Shown: one piece after another, positions 43,160 to 54,775 of the stretch
How the letters are laid out: each line of letters starts with the position of its first letter
How positions within the stretch are numbered: the first letter of the stretch is position 1
Assembly (NCBI GenBank): GCA_002104905.1
Contig: MCFE01000024.1
Span: forward strand, 1 to 64,000
DNA from: Basidiobolus meristosporus CBS 931.73
Taxonomy: Eukaryota; Fungi; Basidiobolomycota
Direction: 5' to 3'
DNA: 64,000 nucleotides
Position numbers and translations under genes: made by a program
Notes under the pieces: generated by a model
Databases searched by the model: none
What the model saw: the letters and a program-made list of their open reading frames with translations, nothing else
What the model was told of the DNA's origin: nothing

Positions 43160-43479
43160 TTTTGTATTCAAATATGGTCACTTATATCATTACCTACAAA
43201 TCTTAGAGAATTCTGAGCAAATTCCTGGTTGGGATTTACTTCGAATAGTCTTACCAAAGCATCAGGTACTCAGAACATGAAATTTTGATAAGCTGTTCAA
43301 CCAGCCCCAAACTTTGCGCACATGTTCTTGGGACCTTCCTGACCGTATTCTACATGTTAAATATGCCAAACCATGTAAAAGTATAAATACCATTTTACAT
43401 TCAATAAATCATTATGTGAAAACCACATAATCAACTTGTTCTCCCATTCACTTCCATTATCCCCAAGGCTCTTACAGCA
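43160..43479 (+). repeat. Copia-family LTR copy 1 (5'-eroded solo LTR)
   Basis: Colinear similarity to the LTR at 44135-44466; ends ..CTTACAGCA. Confidence 0.8.
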
Positions 43480-43496
43480 TATTATGCACTAGTTTC

Positions 43497-43845
43497 TGCT
43501 GTGAAAATTTGTAATTCCACCTAAATAATCACCCAACATAGTCACTTAGATTGTTACCTACAAATCTTAGAGAATACTGATCAAATTCCTTGTTAGGATT
43601 TACCTGCAATATTTTCACCAAAATACCAGGTACCCAGAACATAAAAGTTAGATAAGTTGTCCAAACAGCCCCAAACTTTGCACACATGCTCTTGGGACCT
43701 TTCTAAAAATTCTCTACATGCTTATTATGCTAAGAGCATGTAAAAGTATAAATACTACTCTTACATCTAATAAATCATTAAGTGGAAACCACATAATCTA
43801 CTTATTCTCCCAATCACTTCCAATATCTACAAGACTCTTACAGCA
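43497..43845 (+). repeat. Copia-family LTR copy 2 (solo LTR)
   Basis: TGCTGTGAAAA...TTACAGCA; full-length colinear match to the element LTRs. Confidence 0.85.
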
Positions 43846-43934
43846 ACTTCACTGCTCCATTGATAAGAGTACTGCACAGTGCTATGACTTGTTATTATTC
43901 TGTAAAATTAGAGTCCCAAGTGTTGGCTGGAAGC

Positions 43935-44134
43935 TGTTATAAAAGTTTGTAATTCCACCTAAAAATCCACATAACTTGGTCACTTAGACTGTTACCTACA
44001 AATTTCAGAGAATACTGACCAAATTCCTTGTTGAGATTTACTTAAAATATTTTCACCAATATATCAGGTACCCAGAACATGAGAGTAAGATAAGTCGTCC
44101 AAACAGCCTCAAGCTTTGCACACATGTTCTTGGT
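43935..44134 (+). repeat. Copia-family LTR copy 3, truncated by the 5' LTR of the element
   Basis: Starts TGTTATAAAA and matches the first ~200 nt of the LTR. It stops at CATGTTCTTGG, where the next LTR begins. Confidence 0.8.
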
Positions 44135-44466
44135 GTTGTAAAAATTTGTATTTCCACCTAAATATTCACCTAACTTAGTCACTTAGATCATCACCTTCAA
44201 ATCCTAGAGAATACTGACCAAATTCCTTGTCGGAATTTACTTAGAATATTTACCCAGAACATGAAAATTTGATAAGTTGTCCAAACAGCCCCAAACTTTG
44301 CACACATGTTCTTGGGACCTTCCTTAACCTATTCTACGTGTTTGTAATGCCAAGACCAGGTAAAAAGTATAAATACTACTTTTACATTCAATAAATCATT
44401 AAGTGAAAACCACATAATCTACTTGTTCTCCCAATCACTTCCAATATCTCCAAGACTCTTACAACA

Positions 44467-44478
44467 GGTTATGAGCCC
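44467..44478 (+). promoter_or_regulatory. Primer-binding site complementary to the tRNA-iMet anticodon arm (half-tRNA priming)
   Basis: GGTTATGAGCCC lies directly after the 5' LTR. It is the reverse complement of GGGCTCATAACC in fungal initiator tRNA, as in copia/Ty5. Confidence 0.85.
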
Positions 44479-45196
44479 CAAGCTGTCACTCTCTGCAATG
44501 TCTACTACTGCTATTACTGGAATTTTTCCCTCTGCTGAAAAGTTGGATGGCTCTAACTACCAAGTGTGGAAGGTGAAGATGAAGATGCTGCTACAAGAAA
44601 GAGGCCTTTGGGATATTGTCATGGGAGAAGAATGCCCTCCTAAAAACGTGGGAGAGGAAGCCTTAAAGTCCCAGAAGAAAGAACAAAGTGCCTTTAACTG
44701 CATTTGCCTTAATGTCAAGGACAAATTGCTAATTCAATGCTCAAGAGCAAAAACGGCAAAGAATGCCTGGAAAGCATTGGAAGACACCTACCAGTCATGT
44801 TCAGCTGCCAAGAAAATGTATCTGAGACGAAAATTCTTTACTACAAAGATGCTGCCAGGAGAAGAAATGAAAAATCTAATTAACAGAATTACCCTGCTGG
44901 TAGATGAGATGGAATCTGTGGGCGTACCAACTACTGATGAGGATGTGATAGTTACCATCCTGAATAGCCTGACAGACGCGTTTCAGGGCCTTGTATCAGC
45001 CCTAGAGTCCAGAACTGAAGATTTGACCTTAAATTACGTATATGGAAGGCTCCTGGATGAAGAATTAAGAAAATCAAGCGCTAATAAGAAGGAAGAAGAA
45101 AATGCTTTAATAAGCAATGATAACCAACAAAGGGGGTACCCAAGACCCTACAAAGGCAACAGCAACCTGTTTTGTAACTACTGCAAAAGGAAATGA
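44471..45196 (+). CDS. Copia gag (open frame; stop inside the zinc knuckle CNYCKRK*HTSDRC)
   Basis: LDGSNYQVWKVKMKMLLQERGLW and TAKNAWKALEDTY are typical copia gag sequences. Confidence 0.8.
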   Translation: MSPKLSLSAMSTTAITGIFPSAEKLDGSNYQVWKVKMKMLLQERGLWDIVMGEECPPKNVGEEALKSQKKEQSAFNCICLNVKDKLLIQCSRAKTAKNAWKALEDTYQSCSAAKKMYLRRKFFTTKMLPGEEMKNLINRITLLVDEMESVGVPTTDEDVIVTILNSLTDAFQGLVSALESRTEDLTLNYVYGRLLDEELRKSSANKKEEENALISNDNQQRGYPRPYKGNSNLFCNYCKRK

Positions 45197-48100
45197 CACA
45201 CATCAGACCGGTGTCTCAAAAAGAAAGATAATCAGCAAAAGAAGCCTGAATATGGAAATGCTGCAACAACTGAAGATAGACTATTCATATCTGCACTAAA
45301 TATGACCACAAACAAGGATTCTCAGACGTGGTATATTGACTCTGGAGCTTCTCAACACTTTACACACCAAAAAGAACTTTTTACCCAATATCAAGAAATT
45401 CCAATTAAGAAGGTTTTCATGGGTGACAATAGAACACTTGATGCAGTGGGAGAAGGAACTATCCAAGTAAACCTTAGAAGCAGTGAAGGAAGCCATACAC
45501 TGACCTTTAAAGAAGTACTCTATGTGCCAGAAATTGCCAAGAACCTACTCTCTGTAAGCAAGGCCACAGCAGAAGGACTCAGTTTCAGTTTTGACAATTC
45601 TGGATGCAGGATCACTGATCAAAATGGTGCCCATATTGCTTTGGGCATCAGAGATCAGAATCTATACAAGTTGACTTATATTCCATCATATCTGGAAGCC
45701 AATATAGTAACTTAAATGAAGAAACCCTAATGCTTTGGTACAGGAGATATGGACACATCAATTTTGATTATTTGTGCAAAGTTATCATAGATCAGCTAAT
45801 TCTGGAGTAGACATTGATCCCCCAGTTAATTTGGAACACTGTGAAGCCTGCATATATGGGAAACAAGCCAGACAGATGTTCAAGAGCACTGGGTTAATCA
45901 AAATTAAGAAAAAATTAGATCTAATTAACTCAGATCTGTGCGGACCTATGTAAAACTTATCCTTAGGCAGGATGAAGTATCTAATCACTTTTATTGATGA
46001 TTATACAAGATGCACATGGGTCTACTTTATTGAAAAAAGGAAGAAGCCCTGTCTAAGTTCAGGGAGTTTGCAGCCATGGTGGAGAGAAAAACCAGAGAAA
46101 AGATTAAGCAAAACACTCTGACAATGCCCTATGAAAAATCTCAAACCCAAAATTCATCTGATTTTCAGCCAGTACTCTGCTGATATTCTAATGGAGTTAA
46201 GCTGGTATTCAGCTGGTATTTGTTGTTCCAATATCCGGTTGCAATTCTTGAAGGAAGTAGTGGGGAGCTATTCACCAAGTTTGGTATGAATTCTGGTTGG
46301 CCTAGTCTCCTCTTGGAAAATATATCTGCTTGTCTGCCCAAATGCTAGTTTATGAGATAATGATAGTTTTCAGACTTGAGAAACTTGGAATTTAGCTGAT
46401 TTATGATGGTATTCTGCTGGCCTTTTCTGAATTTTTCTCTTTAGGAATGGTGGAAAATATACCTCAAAACTCTTCCTCCACTTCTGCAAAATTCATGGGA
46501 TAAAGCAAGAGACTATTGTACCATACTCCCCACAGCAAAATGGAGTGGCAGAGCATGCAAACAGCTCAAAAATTGATATGGAAAGATATTTGATCCGTGA
46601 TTAAAGATTTTCATATGATTTTGGGTGGAATCAGTTGCCACAGCTGTATCCCTTAATAATAGGAGTTATAATAGAGTATTTTGTAGTTTTACTCCATTTG
46701 AGGGATGGTATGGATACAGACCAAGTACAGAACATCCAAGAATATTAGGGTGCACAGCATATGCCAAGAAACTGCCCAGAAATCAGTCAAAAATTGAGCC
46801 AAAAGGTGTTGAATGCACATTTCGGGGCTACTGAAACAAGAGTAGGGCATACAGACTCTACAATACCAAGTAAGTGTTGTTTGATGAAAATTCAAGATTT
46901 TACAAGAAAAGACATTAGATGATGACCAAAATCTGATCTCAAGTCCACCAATTGTCAGCATTGAAATAAAGGAAAATAATGAAATTTTTTCACACCCAAG
47001 GACTCTACAGCCATGCTTTAGCCAGAATCAGTGCCCAGGAATACCACAGAAGTGATCATTCTTGTATTACAAGCCAGGAGATCCAACCAGACAAGAAATA
47101 ACCCAAATTACTATATCAATGAGGGTACAAACTTAGCTAATGCCTGTTTAGTCCACATTGATGAGCCCCAAGCTGTAAAAGAAGCCCCAAATAGCCCTCA
47201 GAGAAAGTTTTGGTAATCTGCAATGACTGAGGTGTATCAGGCTATGATGGAATATCAGTTTTTAAACATCAAATGGATGTAAAAACAGGATTTTTGAATG
47301 GGGTACTTGATGAGGACATGTATATGGACCAGCCTGATGGGTTTGTTGACCAAGATAACCACCATTTGGTTTGCAAGATTAAAAAATCTCAATATGGTCT
47401 TAAACAATCACCAAGAGCTTGGAACTGCAGGATAGATTCTTATTTGCAGTCTTTGAGTTTTCAAAGGAGTATGGCTATAGTATTCTACTAAAATCCAGAT
47501 AAAACAAATCCAGTTCTATCAGCTTTATATGTGAATGAACTTATTATAGCCACCAATAACAAAGAAACCTTGAAGTGACTAAATCCAGCCTATATAAGGA
47601 GTTCAAGATGTCCAATCTTGGAGCACTCAGTTACTGCTTAGGGATAATGTTCTCCATAGACAGAATATTACTCTATGCCAGTCCAAGTATATTCAAAATA
47701 TACTTAAAAAGTGTCAAATGGAAGACTGTAAACTGACAGCTACCCCAATGGAAACAAACTTAACTTGGTCAAAGCTCAACCAAATCAAGAGTGCTTGGTT
47801 CCATCTGAATGCCCAGACTTTCATTATCAATCAATGGGCAGCAGTCTGATGTATATTATGCTTGGAGCATGTCCAGATATCTCATATTCAGTGGGAGTTG
47901 TCAGCCAGCATAATCACAATTATGGATCTGATCATATAGCAGCAGGTAAATGGATTTTTAAATACCTAAAAGGATCTGCTAATATCTGCTTAAGGTATTC
48001 CTGTAAGGACTTAGAACAAGATCTTGTAGGGTACTCTGATGCTGATTGGGGACAAAGCTTAGAAAACAAAAGATCCACCACAGGATACACCTTTCTTTAC

Positions 48101-48480
48101 TGTAAATGAGCAATTTCATGGAATGCAAGAAGGCAACCAACCATAGCACTTTCCAACACAGAAGCAGAGTATATGGCAGCCTGTGAAACTACAAAAGAAG
48201 CATTGTAGCTCAGAGAGCTTCTTAGATACTTAGTTTATTTCAAAAATCACCTATTACTTTATTTCAAGATAATCAAGGATGTATAGAATTGGGTGGAAAT
48301 CCAGCTTTTCATGCTAGAACTAAGTACATAAGTATTAGACATCATTTCTTACATAAAGCTATAGATAATAACTTAGTCAACTTAGCTTATTGTCCTACAG
48401 ATTAAATGAATGCAAACATATTTACTAAATCATTAGCTAGAGACAAATTTAAATGTCTTAGGCTAAAATTAGTGCTAGTC
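45197..48480 (+). pseudogene. Copia pol pseudogene (protease, integrase, RT, RNase H) with many stops and frameshifts and a MITE insertion
   Basis: Motifs are scattered over several frames. The YVDD motif is mutated to YVNE. Confidence 0.9.
46127..46445 (+). mobile_element. MITE copy A, inserted in the copia integrase
   Basis: CCCTATGAAAAA...TTTTCTCTTTAGG with TSD AATG at 46123-46126 and 46446-46449. Excising it restores integrase SDNGGKY. Confidence 0.85.
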
Positions 48481-48860
48481 AGCAGGAACATGTAGTTGAG
48501 TGGGAGTGTTGTAAAAGCTTGTAAAGACACCTAAATATCCACCTAACTTAGTCACTTGGATACTTACCTACAAATCTTAGACAATACAGACCAAATTCCA
48601 TGTAAGGATTTACTTAGAACATTTTCACAAGAATATTAGGTACTCAGAGCATGAAAATTCTCATAGTTGTCCAAACAGCCTGAAACTGTGCACACATGCT
48701 CATGATAGCTTCCCAAACATATTCTATTTATTTGTTATACCAAGAACAGGCCAAGTACAAATGCTACTCTACGTTCAGTAAATCATTAAGTGAAAACCAC
48801 ATAATCTACTTGCTCTCCCAAACACTACCAATATCTCCAAGACTCTTACAACAGTACTAT

Positions 48861-49175
48861 CCCTGTAAAAATTAACTAGAGGCCTGCTGAATACTATCAT
48901 GATTCTAGCAGAATTTCAAGCTCTCCAAATTTACACATATCAAGATTTTGGTTTTAGCTCTTTGCTAGACAGGTAGTTATGATCTCTAGTGGGAGGCTAG
49001 GCTAGACATCATTATTACAAAGTTAGGCAATAATCTACTTACTGCTTTTACAAGGATTTAAAACTAAACACCAGTAGAATACCAGAAAAATATGAAGAGA
49101 ATACCAGCAGAATACTGGCAGTTTTCAAACAACTGTTGGAAACATACTACTCTTAATGTTTGAGTAATATATCAA
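48861..49175 (-). mobile_element. MITE copy C (diverged; one end eroded)
   Basis: Begins CCCTGTAAAAATT and is colinear with the start of copy B. Confidence 0.55.
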
Positions 49176-49249
49176 AAGCTAAGTCCTATATTCAAGCTCA
49201 TAATATTGCAACAGCTAAGAGAGAACTGCTGAGTATATGGGCAACTTAG

Positions 49250-49540
49250 CCCTGTGAAAAAAAATAAAGAAAAGGCCAGCATGTGCAATCATAATATCAG
49301 CAGAACTCCAAGTTTCTCAAAACTGACAACTCTAAATGTCACAGATGCAAGCTGTTGGGCAGACAAGCAGACATACTTTGCAAGAGGAGACTAGGCCAGC
49401 TAGCATTTAAGCCAAATTTGGTAAGTAGCTGCCCACTACTTCCATCAAAATTGGCAGTTGAAAATTTGACACCGGCAGAATATCCAGCATAATAATGGCT
49501 GAAAATCAGATGAATTCCAAGTTTGAGATTTTTCATAGGG
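49250..49540 (-). mobile_element. MITE copy B
   Basis: CCCTGTGAAAAA...TTTTTCATAGGG TIRs with TSD TTAG at 49246-49249 and 49541-49544. It is the reverse complement of copy A. Confidence 0.88.
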
Positions 49541-49639
49541 TTAGGTGGAAGCTATAAATATAAAGCAACTCAATACACACACCTTGTGACTGTATGGGCA
49601 AAACCCATAACTGATCACATCCATACTTTTTACAATTTT

Positions 49640-49930
49640 TGCATAAAGTGGTATTTATAAATCTTGATAACCATGTCAAATCAAACATGAAGGATATGCC
49701 TCAAAAGGTCCCAACAGCATATCTGCAAAGCTTGAAGTGTTTCCAATAGCCCCAAGAGTTTCCCTGATCATAGTTTGCTTGGTGACAGCCTTCCCCCCGA
49801 CTTTGGTTACTTTTGGACAATTTATCAGGTTTTCGTGTAATGAATAATTGAAATTTTGGTGAAAATATTGCAAGAAAATCACAATAGTGAATTGGTCAAG
49901 TAATTCTCATAAGCTACGACTTAAGCGATC
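49640..49930 (-). repeat. Old inverted copia LTR copy
   Basis: AAGGTCCCAACAGCATATCTGCAAAG, TTTGGACAATTTATCAGG and TTTTGGTGAAAATATTGCA match the reverse complement of the LTR in the correct order. Confidence 0.6.
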
Positions 49931-52900
49931 AATTAATGTAAATACTTGGGTGCAAAATTAACAACAAATGTCACATTAATCAAGTTCACATAAGTATATA
50001 GATGTTATAGTACAGCTGAATAATTCTCCAATGTAAAATCCATCAATGCCATTACCACTCAAAACCGGTAAATGATAGATGATAAAACACCGAATATCAA
50101 GCTGCCTCGGGGACTTTCAAGTGATTTGGAACCAGAAGAAAGTATGACTTTCACTTGGCATACATATTGAAATGAAGTATTGGCACTTTTGATGCTGTGA
50201 TGCTTTTAGGTGCTAAGCGAAACGCTTTGCTGTTAACCAATCTACCAGCCTCAAGATATGCAGCCATTAATTGAGTGTGGGAATGGTTGCGTATTAGTAT
50301 GGCATTTCATAACTAATATATCGTGATATAAAACATAATCATATCGAAAGTAATTCATTTGAATTCCGGATTATTTTTGCAACATTGGCTCACTATGTAA
50401 AACGGTAATTATCTTGTGGCCTATTACCAAACTACCTCCAAGATACAGTTTCAACTTGATTTCCTCATATCATGTCTATGATGTGGATCTTCCGAACTTC
50501 GAATTTATGAATAATACTCACTTTACTATGGTGTAGTAATCTCCTTGAATTCCGAATAACTTGCAGCGGTATCAAATTAACAAGGTGTCAGCTTTGATGC
50601 GAGAAGTGAGCTTAGCACCAGAACTTTAACGAAGCCATAGAATATGTCGAAAATAGTGTGGTAAGTATATATGTATATTACTCCTTTACTAATATAAATA
50701 TGAGGCAAGTCTAAATAAGTGAGCATGAATAGTTAGAGGAGCAGTAGTATTGCACATAATTACCCATTTACGACTTTACATTTCACAAATAGGCAATGTT
50801 TTGACATAATTTATTACTCAATCAACTAATGCAATATACTGCTTATTTTCTCAGCTCAGGTGTATCTGGGAAATGACCATTAACCTCCACACCAACCTTA
50901 AAATGCTTCAAATGCTGAATGTTAAAGAAGATATCAAGTTGGCGAATAGCCCTGAGACAGCATCACCAATTCCTACCAAAGGTGTCTCTCATTAACTGGT
51001 AAATCAAAATGAATTAGTCCTATTTGCAATGCCAAGTGCATTCAGACTCCCAATTTAACTTGGTTCACGTGGTATCTTTGCAATGAACTACATAATCACC
51101 TAGTAATTCGCTCAGAATATCGGCACCATTTATGTGTATTGATCAGATTGATGCTGGTGCTGAAGGGATTTTACTTCCGGTAGAGCTTTGCAGAGATCAA
51201 GGGAGGAGCGATCATAATATCGTTGAGAGACTTCAACTTCGCGGGCCTCTCATTCATTTTGGAACCCCCACGTTTCGGTAGTACTGATACCAATCATTTA
51301 TCCCTGATTCAATCCACTCTTTTACTGGCTTTATTACGAGCGCTATTCAATGGAGCATTGAAACCGAAAGCCATATGCAAATCTTCCATACATATACGAA
51401 ACTGATGTTTTCCCTCCTGAGACTCTCAATACCCTATGCCAGGACTGAAACATCCTGAAAGGCATTCAGTAACCACAGGTAAACACCCTGGAATCTACCT
51501 CTGGCTTTGTGAAATCTCAATCAAGAATACACTGCAAATAACGGAATGGGTGTCTTCGGTAATGTCTAGGAATCCAATATATCATCACAAGCAGGTGACA
51601 AGGTAGACTCTGTGATTCCCTACCAGCTCGTTCGAATTGGTGAAAACTAAATTGAGGAAAGTGGACCGATTCTTAGGTAATTTGATGCCAAACTAATTAA
51701 CTTCGGCATACATTAACTCAACAGAATGACAAATAAGCTCAGGTGCTACCAACAACCTTGCTGGTGATAATTAGTGCTCGCCTTATACTTGACAGTTGTC
51801 TGTGATTCGTGCTAAGTAATATGGTAATCTTAGTTTCAATATCTGTGCAGGGGAATAATTAAAGTGTGAGTGATGATTTTACGGTTTATAGTAAGATGCA
51901 CTGAAGCTTTCCGGGTGTCACTACACCCATCAGGCTATTTTGGTCTTGGAGTCCTGAAATGCTCAGATTCAGGATGATATCATTTACCCAACAACATTGA
52001 TATCTGCTTTTATACGATGAGGAAACCAGATATCGGCTGGCTTGGGTGGACTAGTGGGCATACAGCATTAATGCAAGATTCGGTAGGTACATGCAATTAG
52101 GAAGTGGACTTTTGGCGGTCTTTAGTCCACAGCACAGTAAACTACACAAGCAGTATGTTCATCCTCTCCTGACTACTCTTGCGCCCGGGTGGTCATCTTG
52201 ACGGCCACCATTTGATCAATAGTCACCACCCCATGCTACTATGCATGAAAGTCTACAACGCTCATAAACAGCACCCTACAAAATCCAAGAATCCTTTCTC
52301 TGTCAGAGGTGCTGGATCTTGCATAACATCGTCATGAAACATCTTGGTGGCTCTCCTACGTGAGCTTGGGATGCCTGTGTTGGCATATTTGTTGATACTT
52401 CACCTGTCGCATCACAACCGCACCCAGACTAAAAATAGCAATATGCCTATTATGCAACACGGTTAATCTGGTAGATATTTCAGCTGATCACTGCTTGATC
52501 CTAGCCACGAATGTAAGTGACGAGGTGGCACATATTGGATTGATATTGAATGACACTATTTCTATGGCTTAAGCTACATCAATCTAGCCGATATTCCATG
52601 ATGATCCAGTAGCTTCTCAGGGGCAAAAGTGAAACGCACATATTCCATAGTCCAAGGCAGACCTTGGCCGTATTGTACCTATGGGGACATAATCACCCCA
52701 TATCCATTATTTGTTGAGATAGGTGCATCTCGAACGGAGGGAATGACAAACTCTCTCCAAATGGGCAGCGGAATCCGTTGGCTGGTCTTGATGTTGCAAG
52801 TATGGGGAGGCTGATAAGCCTTGTTTCTGTGCCACATCATGCCCGATATGAAACGGCCATTGCTTGGCCTTCTTGTGGCGGCCTACTTTGTTGTCATATA

Positions 52901-53671
52901 ACCTCACCGGTAAGACAAGACGTCGACATGCCTGGGTTTCGAGAAAGCTTCCACGTACTTCATTGGCACAGAACATGTATACCAGTTCTCTCATACAACT
53001 AAACAAATGTGATGCAAGATTTGGTTAGAACACAATATAAGATGTGCCACATTATTGGCCAAATCCTGGTCATCGATTAGCCTAGATATGAATAGAAATA
53101 GCTATCCCGAGTGCACCTTATTGCTTTTAAGCTACATAATACCAGATCAATTGAAAATCCTGGTCACCACTGTGCCTCCCTGATTGGATCGTACCAATAT
53201 CACGTAAATATTGTAGTAAGTGATTGATTTTCTCCGTTCATCAACAACACATACAATAAGCATCATTGCATTGTTTATAGGAAAATGAGCCATCACGCTA
53301 AGAAGCTCCCATGTATTAGGTACATAGATTCACTTCAATTGTTAAGGGAAAAGTGGGTACTTGCTTCCGGTTATCTAGTTTTGTGTTACATTACATATTT
53401 CCATTTACTAATTGAAAATACCAATTAAGGATTAGAGAAATCAAAGAGGCAAGAGTCTAATTTCTTTTTAACCTGAAAATTTCTCCATACTTATTCTTTC
53501 CTTGTATTCAGTCTTTTACTTTTCCTTTGGGCTAATACTTCGCCGGCATTTCTCCTCTCCTCTCTTGACTGAAAAGCCCCGCCTACATTCAGGTCAATAC
53601 GCCTGTCGATTTCCCTTATTCCCCGCTGACATAGGACCTGTTCCCAACCCCCCTTTGTATTCACTATCCAA

Positions 53672-54775
53672 ATGAAAGGCGGTCTAGAGTTACCTTTGCC
53701 CAACGTAGCCAAAGCCAAGAGTAAGTGGATTCTAGCTGTGTGCTGTGGCTGGACAATCTATTAAATTCTGTTTATTCAAGATGACGAGACCTTCAGGAAG
53801 TATTTGAGTTTATGTACTTTAGTAGTACAGAATAGCGCGTTGGTATTGTTATTGAGATACTCACGAATCGTCCAACAACCCGGACAACCACTGTACATTG
53901 CTTCGACCGTGGTGTTTTTTGCCGAGATTATGAAATTCCTCGTGTGCCTATACTTCCTGTATAAAGAATCTGGAAAATGGTCCATATTTGTAAGCACTGT
54001 TAACGAGGAACTAATCGAGAACTTTTCGGATATCAACAAGATGGTCATTCCTTCTGGACTCTACGCCATTCAGAACAACCTTCTGTTTGTTGCGTTGTCC
54101 AACTTGGAAGCCGCGACCTTCCAAATCACCTACCAAATGAAGATCCTCTCCACTGCTTTGTTTTCGGTGATCCTTTTGGGCAAAAGACTCTCCCGAAATA
54201 AGTGGGTTAGTCTTGTTCTGCTAATGGTTGGAGTCATCCTGGTGCAGCTCCCTGCCTCTAAAGGGGTTACCTCGACCACTGATGAGGAGACCAGCCTGGT
54301 AAATGGTCAGAATCCATTTATCGGCCTTATTGCAGTCATTGCGGCGTGCCTTTCTTCTGGATTTGCTGGCTGTTACTTCGAAAAGATGCTAAAGAGGAAC
54401 TCCACTAGCATGTGGGTTCGCAACATCCAGCTCGGAATTCCCGGTACTCTCTTCTCATTGATTGCAATGATGTTCAACGACGGTCAGGCAATTGCTTCCC
54501 AAGGATTTTTCCAGGGTTATGATCTCTTAACCTGGGTGGTTGTTGTGAATCAGGCGCTTGGTGGACTGTTGGTTGCAGTGGTGGTCAAGTACGCCGACAA
54601 CATTCTCAAAGGCTTCGCCACCTCCCTTTCCATCATCATCTCGAGCGTTATATCCTTCTACCTATTTAATTTCCACCCATCACCACAGTTCGCACTGGGT
54701 GCACTAATCGTTATCACATCGACGTTTATGTACGGGCGTCCGGAAAGAACACCACCAACATCACCGACGCTCTAG
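53672..54775 (+). CDS. UDP-galactose/nucleotide-sugar transporter (SLC35A family, Gms1-like), 2 exons (intron 53721-53780)
   Basis: KYLSLCTLVVQNSALVLLLRYSR, IPSGLYAIQNNLLFVALSNLEAATFQITYQMKILSTA, SGFAGCYFEKMLK, SMWVRNIQL, GGLLVAVVVKYADNILKGFATS. Confidence 0.93.

Larger units (their letters stand above)
44135..48853 (+). mobile_element. Degenerate Ty1/copia LTR retrotransposon (LTRs 44135-44466 and 48507-48853)
   Basis: LTRs TGTTGTAA...TTACAACA, PBS GGTTATGAGCCC, PPT TTGAGTGGGAG. Domain order gag, protease (WYIDSGASQH), integrase (CEAC, SDLCGP, QNGVAE), RT ([10 protein letters not shown]), RNase H (GYSDADWG). Confidence 0.96.

Noticed and set aside
43160-44466. Regularly spaced direct repeats as a CRISPR-like array
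   Set aside because: The units are ~330-350-bp retrotransposon LTRs in a eukaryotic context.
51150-51280. LLPVELC motif reminiscent of Argonaute PAZ
   Set aside because: An isolated short match with no other Argonaute motifs nearby.
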